Shown here in pieces: positions 15,501 to 30,300 of a stretch of 64,000 bases of DNA. A model generated the notes under the pieces. The model was not told the DNA's origin, searched no databases, and saw only the letters and a program-made list of their open reading frames with translations. Positions within the stretch are counted from its first letter, which is position 1. Each line of letters starts with the position of its first letter. The position numbers and the translations under genes are program-made. The DNA comes from Eledone cirrhosa (taxonomy: Eukaryota): NCBI GenBank assembly GCA_964016885.1, contig OZ024744.1:24056001-24120000 (forward strand), in the 5' to 3' direction.

Positions 15501-18500
15501 TAAATCTCGTTTTAACAACATTTGAATCTTAAGAACTGACTCGTTTTAACAACAGCTGAATCTTAAGATAAAACTCGTTTTAACAACAGTTGAATCTTAA
15601 GAACTGACTCGTTTTATCAACAGTTCAACCTGAAGAACTGACTCGATTTAACAACAGTTGAATCTTAAGAACTGACTCGTTTTAACAACAGGTGAATCTT
15701 AAGAACTGACTGGTTTTAACAACAGTTGAATCTTAAATAAAACTCGTTTTAACAAAGGTTGAAAATTAAGAACTGACTCGTTTTAAACAACAGTTGAATC
15801 TTAAGATAAAATTCGTTTTAACAACAGTTGAATCTTAAGAACTGATTCGTTTTAACAACAGTTCAACCTAAGAACAGACTCGTTTTAACAACAGTTGAAT
15901 CTTAAATAAAACTCGTTTTAACAACAGTTGAATCTTAAGAACTGACTCGTTTTAACAACAGTTGAATCTTAAGAACTGACTGGTTTTAACAACAGATGAA
16001 TCTTAAGAACTGACTCGTTTTAACAACAGTTCAACCTTAAGAACTGACTAGTTTTAACAACAGTTGAATCTCAAGAACTGACTCGTTTTAACAACAGATG
16101 AATCTTGAGATAAAACTCGTTTTAACAACAGTTGAATCTTAAGAAATGACTCGTTTTAATAACAGTTGAATCTTAAGAACTGACTCGTTTTAACAACAGT
16201 TCAACCTGAAGAACTGACTCGTTGTAACAACAGTTGAAACTTCAAATAAAACTCGTTTTAACCACAGTTGAATCTTAAGAACTGAATCATTTTAACAACA
16301 GTTGAATCTTAAGAACTGACTCGTGTTAACAACAATTGAATCTTCAGATAAAACTCGTTTTAACAAAAGTTGAATCTTAAGAACTGACTCGTTTTAACAA
16401 CAGTTCAACCTTAAGAACTTACTAGTTTTAACAACAGTTTAATCTCAGAATAAAATTCGTTTTAACAACAGTTGAATCTTAATAACTGACTCGTTTATAC
16501 AAAAGTTGAATCTTACGAACTGACTCGTTTTAACAATAGTTGTCTCTTAAGATAAAACTCGTTTTAACAACAGTTGAATTTTAAAACTGACTCGTTTTAA
16601 CAACAGTTCAAACTTAAGAACTCATTCGTTTTAACAACAGTTGAATCTTAAAATAAAATTCGTTTAACAACAGTTGAATCTTAAGAACTGGCTCGTTTTA
16701 ACATCACATGTATATTATGATAAAACTCGTTTTAACAACAGCTGTATCTTAAGAGCTGACTCGATATAACAACAGTTGAATCTTAAGAACTACCTAGTTT
16801 TAACAACAGTTGAATGTTAAGAACTGACTCGTTTTAACAACAGTTCAATCTTAAGATAAAACTGATTATAACAACAGTTGCATCTTAAGAACTGAGATTG
16901 TTTTAACAACAGTTGAATCTGAAGAACTGACTCGTTTTAACAACAGTTGAATCTGAAGATAAAACTCGTTTAACAACAGTTGAATCTTAAGAACTGACTC
17001 GTTTTAACGACAGATGAATCTTATGATAAAACTCGTTTTAACAACAATTGAATCTTAAGAACTGAGTCGTTTTAACAACAGTTGAATCTTAAGATAAAAC
17101 TAGTTTTAACAACAGTTGAATCTTAAGATAAAACTAGTTTTAACAACAGTTGAATCTTAAGAACTGACTCGTTTTAACAACAGTTGAAACTTCAAATAAA
17201 ACTCGTTTTAACAACAGTTGAATCTTAAGAACTGACTCATTTTAACAACAGTTCAATCTTAAGAACTGATTCGTTTTAACAACAGTTGAATCTTAAGATA
17301 AAACTAGTTTTAATAACTGTTGAATCTTAAGATAAAACTCGTTTTAACAAGAGTTGAATCTTAAGAACTGACTCGTTTTAACAACAGTTGAATCTTAATT
17401 AAAACTCGTTTTAACAACAGTTGAATCTTAAGAACTGCCTCGTTTTATCAACAGTACAACCTTAAGAACAGACTCGTTTTAACAACAGTTGAATCTTCAA
17501 ATAAAACTCGTTTTAACAACAGTTGAATCTTAAGAACTGACTCGTTTTAACAACAGTTGAATCTTAAGATAAAACTCGTTTTAACAACAGTTGAATCTTA
17601 AGAACTGACTCGTTTTAACAACAGATGAATCTTAAGATCAAACTCGTTTTAACAACAGTTGAATCTTAAGAACTGACTCGTTTTAATAACAGTTGAGTCT
17701 TAAGAACTGACTCATTTTAGCAACAGTTGAATCTTAAGAACTGACTCGTTTTAACAACAGTTGAATCTTAAGAACTGACTCGTTTTAACAACAGTTGAAT
17801 CTTAAGATAAAACTCGTTTTAACAACAGTTGAATCATAAGAACTGACTCGTTTTAACAACAGCTGAATCTTAAGATAAAACACGTGTTAACAACAGTTGA
17901 ATCTTAAGAACTGACTCGTTTTATCAACAGTTCAACCTTACGAACTGACTCATTTTAACAACAGTTGAATCTTCAAATAAAACTCGTTTTAACAACAGTT
18001 GAATCTTAAGATAAAACTAGTTTTAATAACTGTTGAATCTTAAGATAAAACTCGTTTTAACAAGAGTTGAATCTTAAGAACTGACTCGCTTTAACAACAG
18101 TTGAATCTTAAATAAAACTCGTCTTAACAACAGTTTTATCTTAAGAACTGACTCGTTTTAACAACAGTTGAATCTTAAGAACTGGTTGGTTTTAACAACA
18201 GATGAATCGTAAGAACTGACTCGTTTTAACAACAGTTCAACCTTAAGAACTGACTAGTTTTAATAACAGTTGAATCTCAAGAACTGACTGGTTTTAACAA
18301 CAGTTGAATCTTAAGATAAAACTCGTTTTAACAGCAGTTGAATCTTAAGAAATGACTCGTTTTAATAACAGTTGAATCTTAAGAACTGACTCGTTTTAAC
18401 AACAGTTCAACCTTAAGAACTGACTCGTTGTAACAACAGTTGAAACTTCAAATAAAACTCGTTTTAACAACAGTTGAATCTTAAAACTAACTCGTTTTAA

Positions 18501-18750
18501 CAACAGTTCAAACTTAAGAACTGATTCGTTTTAACAACAGTTGAATCTTAAAATAAAATTCGTTTAACGACAGGTGAATCTTAAGAACTGGTTCGTTTTA
18601 ACATCACATGTATATTATGATAAAACTCGTTTTAACAACAGGTGTATCTTAAGAACTGACTCGATATAACAACAGTTGAATCTTAAGAACTACCTCGTTT
18701 TAACAACAGTTGAACGATAAGAACTGACTCGTTTTAACAACAGTTCAATC
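9550..18750. repeat. Older, more diverged tandem higher-order unit of ~4.7 kb (~9550-14230 and ~14230-18750)
   Basis: AACGGCTG at 10601/15280 and TTCAGCC at 10436/15115 (offset 4679). GAGATT at 12181/16894 and AAGATCAAAC at 12921/17634 (offset 4713, one extra monomer). Confidence 0.8.
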
Positions 18751-21700
18751 TTAAGATAAAACTCGTTTTAACAACAATTGAATCTTAAGAACTGATTCGT
18801 TTTATCAACAGTTGAATCTTAAGATAAAACTAGTTTTAACAACAGTTGAATCTTAAGAACTGACTCGTTTTAACAACAGTTGAAACTTCAAATAAAACTC
18901 GTTTTAACAACAGTTGAATCTTAAGAACTGACTCATTTTAACAACAGTTCAATCTTAAGAACTGATTCGTTTTAACAACAGTTGAATCTTAAGATAAAAC
19001 TAGTTTTACAACAGTTGAATCTTAAGAACTGACTCGTTTTAACAACAGTTGAAACTTCAAATAAAACTCGTTTTAACAACAGTTGAATCTTAAGAACTGA
19101 CTCATTTTAACAACAGTTCAATCTTAAGAACTGATTCGTTTTAACAACAGTTGAATCTTAAGATAAAACTAGTTTTATAACTGTTCAATCTTAAGATGAA
19201 ACTCGTTTTAACAAGAGTTGAATCTTAAGAACTGACTCGTTTTAACAACAGTTGAATCTTAAGATAAAACTCGTTTTAACAACAGTTGAATCTTAAGACC
19301 TGACTCGTTTTAACAACAGTTCAACCTTAAGAACTGACTCGTTTTAACAACAGTTGAATCTTCAATTAAAACTTGTTTTAACAACAGTTGAATCTTTAGA
19401 ACTGACTCGTTTCAACAACAGTTGAATCTTATGATAAAACTCATTTAACAACAGTTGAATCTTAAGATAAAACTCGTTTTAACAACAGTTGAATCTTAAG
19501 AACTGACTCGTTTTAACAACAGCTGAATCTTAAGATAAAGCTCGTATTAACAACAGTTGAATCTTAAGAACTGACTCGTTTTATCAACAGTACAACCTTA
19601 AGAACTGACTCGTTTTAACAACAGTTGTATCTTCAAATAAAACTCGTTTTAACAACAGTTGAATTTTAAGAACTGACTCGTTTTAACAACAGTTGAATCT
19701 TAAGATAAAACTCGTTTTAGCAACAGTTGAATCTTAAGAACTGACTCGTTTTAACAACAGCTGAATCTTAAGATAAAACTCGTTTTAACAACAGTTGAAT
19801 CTTAAGAACTGACTCGTTTTAACAACAGTTGAATCTTAAGAACTGACTCGTTTTAATAACAGTTGAATCTTAAGAACTGACTCGTTTTAGCAACAGTTGA
19901 ATCTTAAGAACTGATTCGTTTTAACAACAGCTGAATCTTAAGATAAACTCGTTTTAACAACAGTTGAATCTTAAGATAAAACTCGTTTTAACAACAGTTG
20001 AATCTTAAGAACTGACTCGTTTTATCAACAGCTGAATCTTAAGATAAAACTCGTTTTAACAACAGTTGAATCTTAAGAACTGACTCGTTTTATCAACAGT
20101 TCAACCTTAAGAACTGACTCATTTTAACAACAGTTGAATCTTCAAATAAAACTCCTTTTAACAACAGTTGAATCTTAAGAACTGACTCGTTTTAAAAACA
20201 GCTGAATTTTAAGATAAACTCGTTTTAACAACAGTTGAATCTTAAGAACTGACTCGTTTTAACAACAGCTAAATCTTAAGATAAAACTCGTTTTAACAAC
20301 AGTTGAATCTTAAGAACTGACTCGTTTTAACAACAGTTGAATCTACAAATAAACCTCGTTTTAACAACAGTTTAATCTTAAGAACAGACTCGTTTTAACA
20401 ACAGTTGAATCTTAAGATAAAATTCGTTTTAACAACAGTTGAATCTTAAGAACTTATTCGTTTTAACAACAGTTCAAACTTAAGAACTGACTCGTTTTAA
20501 CAACAGTTGAATCTTAAGATAAAACTCGTTTTAACAACAGTTGAATCTTAAGAACTGACTCGTTTTATCAACAGTTCAACCTTAAGAACTGACTCGTTTT
20601 ATCAACAGTACAACCTTAAGAACTGACTCGTTTTAACAACAGTTGAATCTTCAAATAAAACTCGTTTTAACAACAGTTGAATCTTAAGAACTGACTCGTT
20701 TTAACAACAGTTGAATCTTAAGATAAACTCGTTTTAACAACAGTTGAATCTTAAGATAAATCTCGTTTTAACAACATTTGAATCTTAAGAACTGACTCGT
20801 TTTAACAACAGCTGAATCTTAAGATAAAACTCGTTTTAACAACAGTTAAATCTTAAGAACTGACTCGTTTTAACAACAGTTGAATCTTAAGAACTGACTC
20901 GTTTTAACAACAGGTGAATCTTAAGAACTGACTGGTTTTAACAACAGTTGAATCTTAAATAAAACTCGTTTTAACAAAGGTTGAATATTAAGAACTGACT
21001 CGTTTTAACAACAGTTGAATCTTAAGATAAAATTCGTTTTAACAACAGTTGAATCTTAAGAACTGATTCGTTTTAACAACAGTTCAACCTAAGAACAGAC
21101 TCGTTTTAACAACAGTTGAATCTTAAATAAAACTCGTTTTAACAACAGTTGAATCTTAAGAACTGACTCGTTTTAACAACAGTTGAATCTTAAGAACTGA
21201 CTGGTTTTAACAACAGATGAATCTTAAGAACTGACTCGTTTTAACAACAGTTCAACCTTAAGAACTGACTAGTTTTAACAACAGTTGAATCTCAAGAACT
21301 GACTCGTTTTAACAACAGATGAATCTTGAGATAAAACTCGTTTTAACAACAGTTGAATCTTAAGAAATGACTCGTTTTAATAACAGTTGAATCTTAAGAA
21401 CTGACTCGTTTTAACAACAGTTCAACCTGAAGAACTGACTCGTTGTAACAACAGTTGAAACTTCAAATAAAACTCGTTTTAACCACAGTTGAATCTTAAG
21501 AACTGAATCATTTTAACAACAGTTGAATCTTAAGAACTGACTCGTGTTAACAACAATTGAATCTTCAGATAAAACTCGTTTTAACAAAAGTTGAATCTTA
21601 AGAACTGACTCGTTTTAACAACAGTTCAACCTTAAGAACTGACTAGTTTTAACAACAGTTTAATCTCAGAATAAAATTCGTTTTAACAACAGTTGAATCT

Positions 21701-24340
21701 TAAGAACTGACTCGTTTTAACAAAAGTTGAATCTTACGAACTGACTCGTTTTAACAATAGATGTCTCTTAAGATAAAACTCGTTTTAACAACAGTTGAAT
21801 TTTAAAACTGACTCGTTTTAACAACAGTTCAAACTTAAGAACTGATTCGTTTTAACAACAGTTGAATCTTAAAATAAAATTCGTTTAACAACAGTTGAAT
21901 CTTAAGAAATGGCTCGTTTTAACATCACATGTATATTATGATAAAACTCGTTTTAACAACAGCTGTATCTTAAGAGCTGACTCGATATAACAACAGTTGA
22001 ATCTTAAGAACTACCTAGTTTTAACAACAGTTGAATGTTAAGAACTGACTCGTTTTAACAACAGTTCAATCTTAAGATAAAACTGATTATAACAACAGTT
22101 GCATCTTAAGAACTGAGATTGTTTTAACAACAGTTGAATCTGAAGAACTGACTCGTTTTAACAACAGTTGAATCTGAAGATAAAACTCGTTTAACAACAG
22201 TTGAATCTTAAGAACTGACTCGTTTTAACGACAGATGAATCTTATGATAAAACTCGTTTTAACAACAATTGAATCTTAAGAACTGATTCGTTTTAACAAC
22301 AGTTGAATCTTAAGATAAAACTAGTTTTAACAACAGTTGAATCTTAAGATAAAACTAGTTTTAACAACAGTTGAATCTTAAGAACTGACTCGTTTTAACA
22401 ACAGTTGAAACTTCAAATAAAACTCGTTTTAACAACAGTTGAATCTTAAGAACTGACTCATTTTAACAACAGTTCAATCTTAAGAACTGATTCGTTTTAA
22501 CAACAGTTGAATCTTAAGATAAAACTAGTTTTAATAACTGTTGAATCTTAAGATAAAACTCGTTTTAACAAGAGTTGAATCTTAAGAACTGACTCGTTTT
22601 AACAACAGTTGAATCTTAATTAAAACTCGTTTTAACAACAGTTGAATCTTAAGAACTGCCTCGTTTTATCAACAGTACAACCTTAAGAACTGACTCGTTT
22701 TAACAACAGTTGAATCTTCAAATAAAACTCGTTTTAACAACAGTTGAATCTTAAGAACTGACTCGTTTTAACAACAGTTGAATCTTAAGATAAAACTCGT
22801 TTTAACAACAGTTGAATCTTAAGAACTGACTCGTTTTAACAACAGATGAATCTTAAGATCAAACTCGTTTTAACAACAGTTGAATCTTAAGAACTGACTC
22901 GTTTTAATAACAGTTGAATCTTAAGAACTGACTCATTTTAGCAACAGTTGAATCTTAAGAACTGACTCGTTTTAACAACAGCTGAATCTTAAGATAAACT
23001 CGTTTTAACAACAGTTGAATCTTAAGATAAAACTCATTTTAACAACAGTTGAATCATAAGAACTGACTCGTTTTAACAACAGCTGAATCTTAAGATAAAA
23101 CACGTGTTAACAACAGTTGAATCTTAAGAACTGACTCGTTTTATCAACAGTTCAACCTTACGAACTGACTCATTTTAACAACAGTTGAATCTTCAAATAA
23201 AACTCGTTTTAACAACAGTTGAATCTTAAGAACTGACTCATTTAACAACAGTTCAATCTTAAGAACGGATTCGTTTTAACAACAGTTGAATCTTAAGATA
23301 AAACTAGTTTTAATAACTGTTGAATCTTAAGATAAAACTCGTTTTAACAAGAGTTGAATCTTAAGAACTGACTCGCTTTAACAACAGTTGAATCTTAAAT
23401 AAAACTCGTCTTATCAACAGTTTTATCTTAAGAACTGACTCGTTTTAACAACAGTTGAATCTTAAGAACTGATTGGTTTTAACAACAGATGAATCGTAAG
23501 AACAGACTCGTTTTAACAACAGTTCAACCTTAAGAACTGACTAGTTTTAATAACAGTTGAATCTCAAGAACTGACTGGTTTTAACAACAGTTGAATCTTA
23601 AGATAAAACTCGTTTTAACAGCAGTTGAATCTTAAGAAATGACTCGTTTTAATAACAGTTGAATCTTAAGAACTGACTCGTTTTAACAACAGTTCAACCT
23701 TAAGAACTGACTCGTTGTAACAACAGTTGAAACTTAAAATAAAATTCGTTTAACAACAGTTGAATCTTAAGAACTGGCTCGTTTTAACATCACATGTATA
23801 TTATGATAAAACTCGTTTTAACAACAGTTGAATCTTAAAACTGACTCGTTTTAACAACAGTTCAAACTTAAGAACTGATTCGTTTTAACAACAGTTGAAT
23901 CTTAAAATAAAATTCGTTTAACGACAGGTAAATCTTAAGAACTGGTTCGTTTTAACATCACATGTATATTATGATAAAACTCGTTTTAACAACAGGTGTA
24001 TCTTAAGAACTGACTCGATATAACAACAGTTGAATCTTAAGAACTACCTCGTTTTAACAACAGTTGAACGTTAAGAACTGACTCGTTTTAACAACAGTTC
24101 AATCTTAAGATAAAACTGATTATAACAACAGTTGCATCTTAAGAACTGACTCGTTTTAACAACAGTTGAATCTTAAGAACTGACTCGTTTTAACGACAGA
24201 TGAATCTTAAGATAAAACTCGTTTTAACAACAATTGAATCTTAAGAACTGATTCGTTTTAACAACAGTTGAATCTTAAGATAAAACTAGTTTTAACAACA
24301 GTTGAATCTTAAGAACTGACTCGTTTTAACAACAGTTGAA
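10780..24340. repeat. Higher-order duplication, offset ~9934 bp (~10780-14400 copied at ~20715-24340)
   Basis: ATAAATCTCG at 10821/20756 (9935), GTACAACC at 12741/22675 and ACACGTG at 13166/23100 (9934). Confidence 0.85.
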
Positions 24341-27300
24341 ACTTCAAATAAAACTCGTTTTAACAACAGTTGAATCTTAAGAACTGACTCATTTTAACAA
24401 CAGTTCAATCTTAAGAACTGACTCATTTTAACAACAGTTCAATCTTAAGAACTGATAGGTTTTAACAACAGTTGAATCTTAAGATAAAACTAGTTTTAAC
24501 AACAGCTGAATCTTAAGATAAAACACGTGTTAACAACAGTTGAATCTTAAGAACTGACTCGTTTTATCAACAGTTCAACCTTACGAACTGACTCATTTTA
24601 ACAACAGTTGAATCTTCAAATAAAACTCGTTTTAACAACAGTTGAATCTTAAGAACTGACTCATTTAACAACAGTTCAATCTTAAGAACGGATTCGTTTT
24701 AACAACAGTTGAATCTTAAGATAAAACTAGTTTTAATAACTGTTGAATCTTAAGATAAAACTCGTTTTAACAAGAGTTGAATCTTAAGAACTGACTCGCT
24801 TTAACAACAGTTGAATCTTAAATAAAACTCGTCTTATCAACAGTTTTATCTTAAGAACTGACTCGTTTTAACAACAGTTGAATCTTAAGAACTGATTGGT
24901 TTTAACAACAGATGAATCGTAAGAACAGACTCGTTTTAACAACAGTTCAACCTTAAGAACTGACTAGTTTTAATAACAGTTGAATCTCAAGAACTGACTG
25001 GTTTTAACAACAGTTGAATCTTAAGATAAAACTCGTTTTAACAGCAGTTGAATCTTAAGAAATGACTCGTTTTAATAACAGTTGAATCTTAAGAACTGAC
25101 TCGTTTTAACAACAGTTCAACCTTAAGAACTGACTCGTTGTAACAACAGTTGAAACTTAAAATAAAATTCGTTTAACAACAGTTGAATCTTAAGAACTGG
25201 CTCGTTTTAACATCACATGTATATTATGATAAAACTCGTTTTAACAACAGTTGAATCTTAAAACTGACTCGTTTTAACAACAGTTCAAACTTAAGAACTG
25301 ATTCGTTTTAACAACAGTTGAATCTTAAAATAAAATTCGTTTAACGACAGGTAAATCTTAAGAACTGGTTCGTTTTAACATCACATGTATATTATGATAA
25401 AACTCGTTTTAACAACAGGTGTATCTTAAGAACTGACTCGATATAACAACAGTTGAATCTTAAGAACTACCTCGTTTTAACAACAGTTGAACGTTAAGAA
25501 CTGACTCGTTTTAACAACAGTTCAATCTTAAGATAAAACTGATTATAACAACAGTTGCATCTTAAGAACTGACTCGTTTTAACAACAGTTGAATCTTAAG
25601 AACTGACTCGTTTTAACGACAGATGAATCTTAAGATAAAACTCGTTTTAACAACAATTGAATCTTAAGAACTGATTCGTTTTAACAACAGTTGAATCTTA
25701 AGATAAAACTAGTTTTAACAACAGTTGAATCTTAAGAACTGACTCGTTTTAACAACAGTTGAAACTTCAAATAAAACTCGTTTTAACAACAGTTGAATCT
25801 TAAGAACTGACTCATTTTAACAACAGTTCAATCTTAAGAACTGACTCATTTTAACAACAGTTCAATCTTAAGAACTGATAGGTTTTAACAACAGTTGAAT
25901 CTTAAGATAAAACTAGTTTTAATAACTGTTGAATCTTAAGATAAAACTCGTTTTAACAAGAGTTGAATCTTAAGAACTGACTCGTTTTAACAACAGTTGA
26001 ATCTTAAATAAAACTCGTTTTAACAACAGTTGAATCTTAAGAACTGACTCGTTTTAACAACAGTTGAATCTTAAGAACTGACTGGTTTTAACAACAGATG
26101 AATCTCAAGAACTGACTCGTTTTAACAACAGTTCAACCTTAAGAACTGACTAGTTTTAACAACAGTTGAATCTCAAGAACTGACTCGTTTTAACAACAGT
26201 TGAATCTTAAGATAAAACTCGTTTTAACAACAGTTGAATCTTAAGAAATGACTCGTTTTAATAACAGTTGAATCTTAAGAACTGACTCGTTTTAACAACA
26301 GTTCAACCTTAAGAACTGACTCGTTGTAACAACAATTGAAACTTCAAATAAAACTCGTTTTAACCACAGTTGAATCTTAAGAACTGAATCATTTTAACAA
26401 CAGTTGAATCTTAAGAACTGACTCGTGTTAACAACAATTGAATCTTAAGATAAAACTCGTTTTAACAAAAGTTGAATCTTAAGAACTGACTCGTTTTAAC
26501 AACAGTTCAGCCTTAAGAACTGACTAGTTTTAACAACAGTTTAATCTTAGAATAAAACTCGTTTTAACAACAGTTGAATCATAAGAACTGATTCGTTTTA
26601 ACAACAGTTGAATCTTAAGATAAAACTCGTTTTAACAACAATTGAATCTTAAGAACTGACTCGTTTTAACAACGGCTGAATCTTAAGATAAAACTCGTTT
26701 TAACGACAGTTGAATCTTAAGAACTGACTCGTTTTATCAACAGTTCAACCTTAAGAACTGACTCATTTTAACAACAGTTGAATCTTCAAATAAAACTCGT
26801 TTTAACAACAGTTGAATCTTAAGAACTGAATCGTTTTAACATCAGCTGAATCTTAAGATAAACTCGTTTTAACAACAGTTGAATCTTAAAATAAATCTCG
26901 TTTTAACAACATTTGAATCTTAAGAACTGACTCGTTTTAACAACAGCTGAATCTTAAGATAAAACTCGTTTTAACAACAGTTGAATCTTAAGAACTGACT
27001 CGTTTTATCAACAGTTCAACCTGAAGAACTGACTCGATTTAACAACAGTTGAATCTTAAGAACTGACTCGTTTTAACAACAGGTGAATCTTAAGAACTGA
27101 CTGGTTTTAACAACAGTTGAATCTTAAATAAAACTCGTTTTAACAAAGGTTGAAAATTAAGAACTGACTCGTTTTAAACAACAGTTGAATCTTAAGATAA
27201 AATTCGTTTTAACAACAGTTGAATCTTAAGAACTGATTCGTTTTAACAACAGTTCAACCTAAGAACAGACTCGTTTTAACAACAGTTGAATCTTAAATAA

Positions 27301-30300
27301 AACTCGTTTTAACAACAGTTGAATCTTAAGAACTGACTCGTTTTAACAACAGTTGAATCTTAAGAACTGACTGGTTTTAACAACAGATGAATCTTAAGAA
27401 CTGACTCGTTTTAACAACAGTTCAACCTTAAGAACTGACTAGTTTTAACAACAGTTGAATCTCAAGAACTGACTCGTTTTAACAACAGATGAATCTTGAG
27501 ATAAAACTCGTTTTAACAACAGTTGAATCTTAAGAAATGACTCGTTTTAATAACAGTTGAATCTTAAGAACTGACTCGTTTTAACAACAGTTCAACCTGA
27601 AGAACTGACTCGTTGTAACAACAGTTGAAACTTCAAATAAAACTCGTTTTAACCACAGTTGAATCTTAAGAACTGAATCATTTTAACAACAGTTGAATCT
27701 TAAGAACTGACTCGTGTTAACAACAATTGAATCTTCAGATAAAACTCGTTTTAACAAAAGTTGAATCTTAAGAACTGACTCGTTTTAACAACAGTTCAAC
27801 CTTAAGAACTTACTAGTTTTAACAACAGTTTAATCTCAGAATAAAATTCGTTTTAACAACAGTTGAATCTTAATAACTGACTCGTTTATACAAAAGTTGA
27901 ATCTTACGAACTGACTCGTTTTAACAATAGTTGTCTCTTAAGATAAAACTCGTTTTAACAACAGTTGAATTTTAAAACTGACTCGTTTTAACAACAGTTC
28001 AAACTTAAGAACTCATTCGTTTTAACAACAGTTGAATCTTAAAATAAAATTCGTTTAACAACAGTTGAATCTTAAGAACTGGCTCGTTTTAACATCACAT
28101 GTATATTATGATAAAACTCGTTTTAACAACAGCTGTATCTTAAGAGCTGACTCGATATAACAACAGTTGAATCTTAAGAACTACCTAGTTTTAACAACAG
28201 TTGAATGTTAAGAACTGACTCGTTTTAACAACAGTTCAATCTTAAGATAAAACTGATTATAACAACAGTTGCATCTTAAGAACTGAGATTGTTTTAACAA
28301 CAGTTGAATCTGAAGAACTGACTCGTTTTAACAACAGTTGAATCTGAAGATAAAACTCGTTTAACAACAGTTGAATCTTAAGAACTGACTCGTTTTAACG
28401 ACAGATGAATCTTATGATAAAACTCGTTTTAACAACAATTGAATCTTAAGAACTGAGTCGTTTTAACAACAGTTGAATCTTAAGATAAAACTAGTTTTAA
28501 CAACAGTTGAATCTTAAGATAAAACTAGTTTTAACAACAGTTGAATCTTAAGAACTGACTCGTTTTAACAACAGTTGAAACTTCAAATAAAACTCGTTTT
28601 AACAACAGTTGAATCTTAAGAACTGACTCATTTTAACAACAGTTCAATCTTAAGAACTGATTCGTTTTAACAACAGTTGAATCTTAAGATAAAACTAGTT
28701 TTAATAACTGTTGAATCTTAAGATAAAACTCGTTTTAACAAGAGTTGAATCTTAAGAACTGACTCGTTTTAACAACAGTTGAATCTTAATTAAAACTCGT
28801 TTTAACAACAGTTGAATCTTAAGAACTGCCTCGTTTTATCAACAGTACAACCTTAAGAACAGACTCGTTTTAACAACAGTTGAATCTTCAAATAAAACTC
28901 GTTTTAACAACAGTTGAATCTTAAGAACTGACTCGTTTTAACAACATTTGAATCTTAAGATAAAACTCGTTTTAACAACAGTTGAATCTTAAGAACTGAC
29001 TCGTTTTAACAACAGATGAATCTTAAGATCAAACTCGTTTTAACAACAGTTGAATCTTAAGAACTGACTCGTTTTAATAACAGTTGAGTCTTAAGAACTG
29101 ACTCATTTTAGCAACAGTTGAATCTTAAGAACTGACTCGTTTTAACAACAGTTGAATCTTAAGAACTGACTCGTTTTAACAACAGTTGAATCTTAAGATA
29201 AAACTCGTTTTAACAACAGTTGAATCATAAGAACTGACTCGTTTTAACAACAGCTGAATCTTAAGATAAAACACGTGTTAACAACAGTTGAATCTTAAGA
29301 ACTGACTCGTTTTATCAACAGTTCAACCTTACGAACTGACTCATTTTAACAACAGTTGAATCTTCAAATAAAACTCGTTTTAACAACAGTTGAATCTTAA
29401 GATAAAACTAGTTTTAATAACTGTTGAATCTTAAGATAAAACTCGTTTTAACAAGAGTTGAATCTTAAGAACTGACTCGCTTTAACAACAGTTGAATCTT
29501 AAATAAAACTCGTCTTAACAACAGTTTTATCTTAAGAACTGACTCGTTTTAACAACAGTTGAATCTTAAGAACTGGTTGGTTTTAACAACAGATGAATCG
29601 TAAGAACTGACTCGTTTTAACAACAGTTCAACCTTAAGAACTGACTAGTTTTAATAACAGTTGAATCTCAAGAACTGACTGGTTTTAACAACAGTTGAAT
29701 CTTAAGATAAAACTCGTTTTAACAGCAGTTGAATCTTAAGAAATGACTCGTTTTAATAACAGTTGAATCTTAAGAACTGACTCGTTTTAACAACAGTTCA
29801 ACCTTAAGAACTGACTCGTTGTAACAACAGTTGAAACTTCAAATAAAACTCGTTTTAACAACAGTTGAATCTTAAAACTAACTCGTTTTAACAACAGTTC
29901 AAACTTAAGAACTGATTCGTTTTAACAACAGTTGAATCTTAAAATAAAATTCGTTTAACGACAGGTGAATCTTAAGAACTGGTTCGTTTTAACATCACAT
30001 GTATATTATGATAAAACTCGTTTTAACAACAGGTGTATCTTAAGAACTGACTCGATATAACAACAGTTGAATCTTAAGAACTACCTCGTTTTAACAACAG
30101 TTGAACGATAAGAACTGACTCGTTTTAACAACAGTTCAATCTTAAGATAAAACTCGTTTTAACAACAATTGAATCTTAAGAACTGATTCGTTTTATCAAC
30201 AGTTGAATCTTAAGATAAAACTAGTTTTAACAACAGTTGAATCTTAAGAACTGACTCGTTTTAACAACAGTTGAAACTTCAAATAAAACTCGTTTTAACA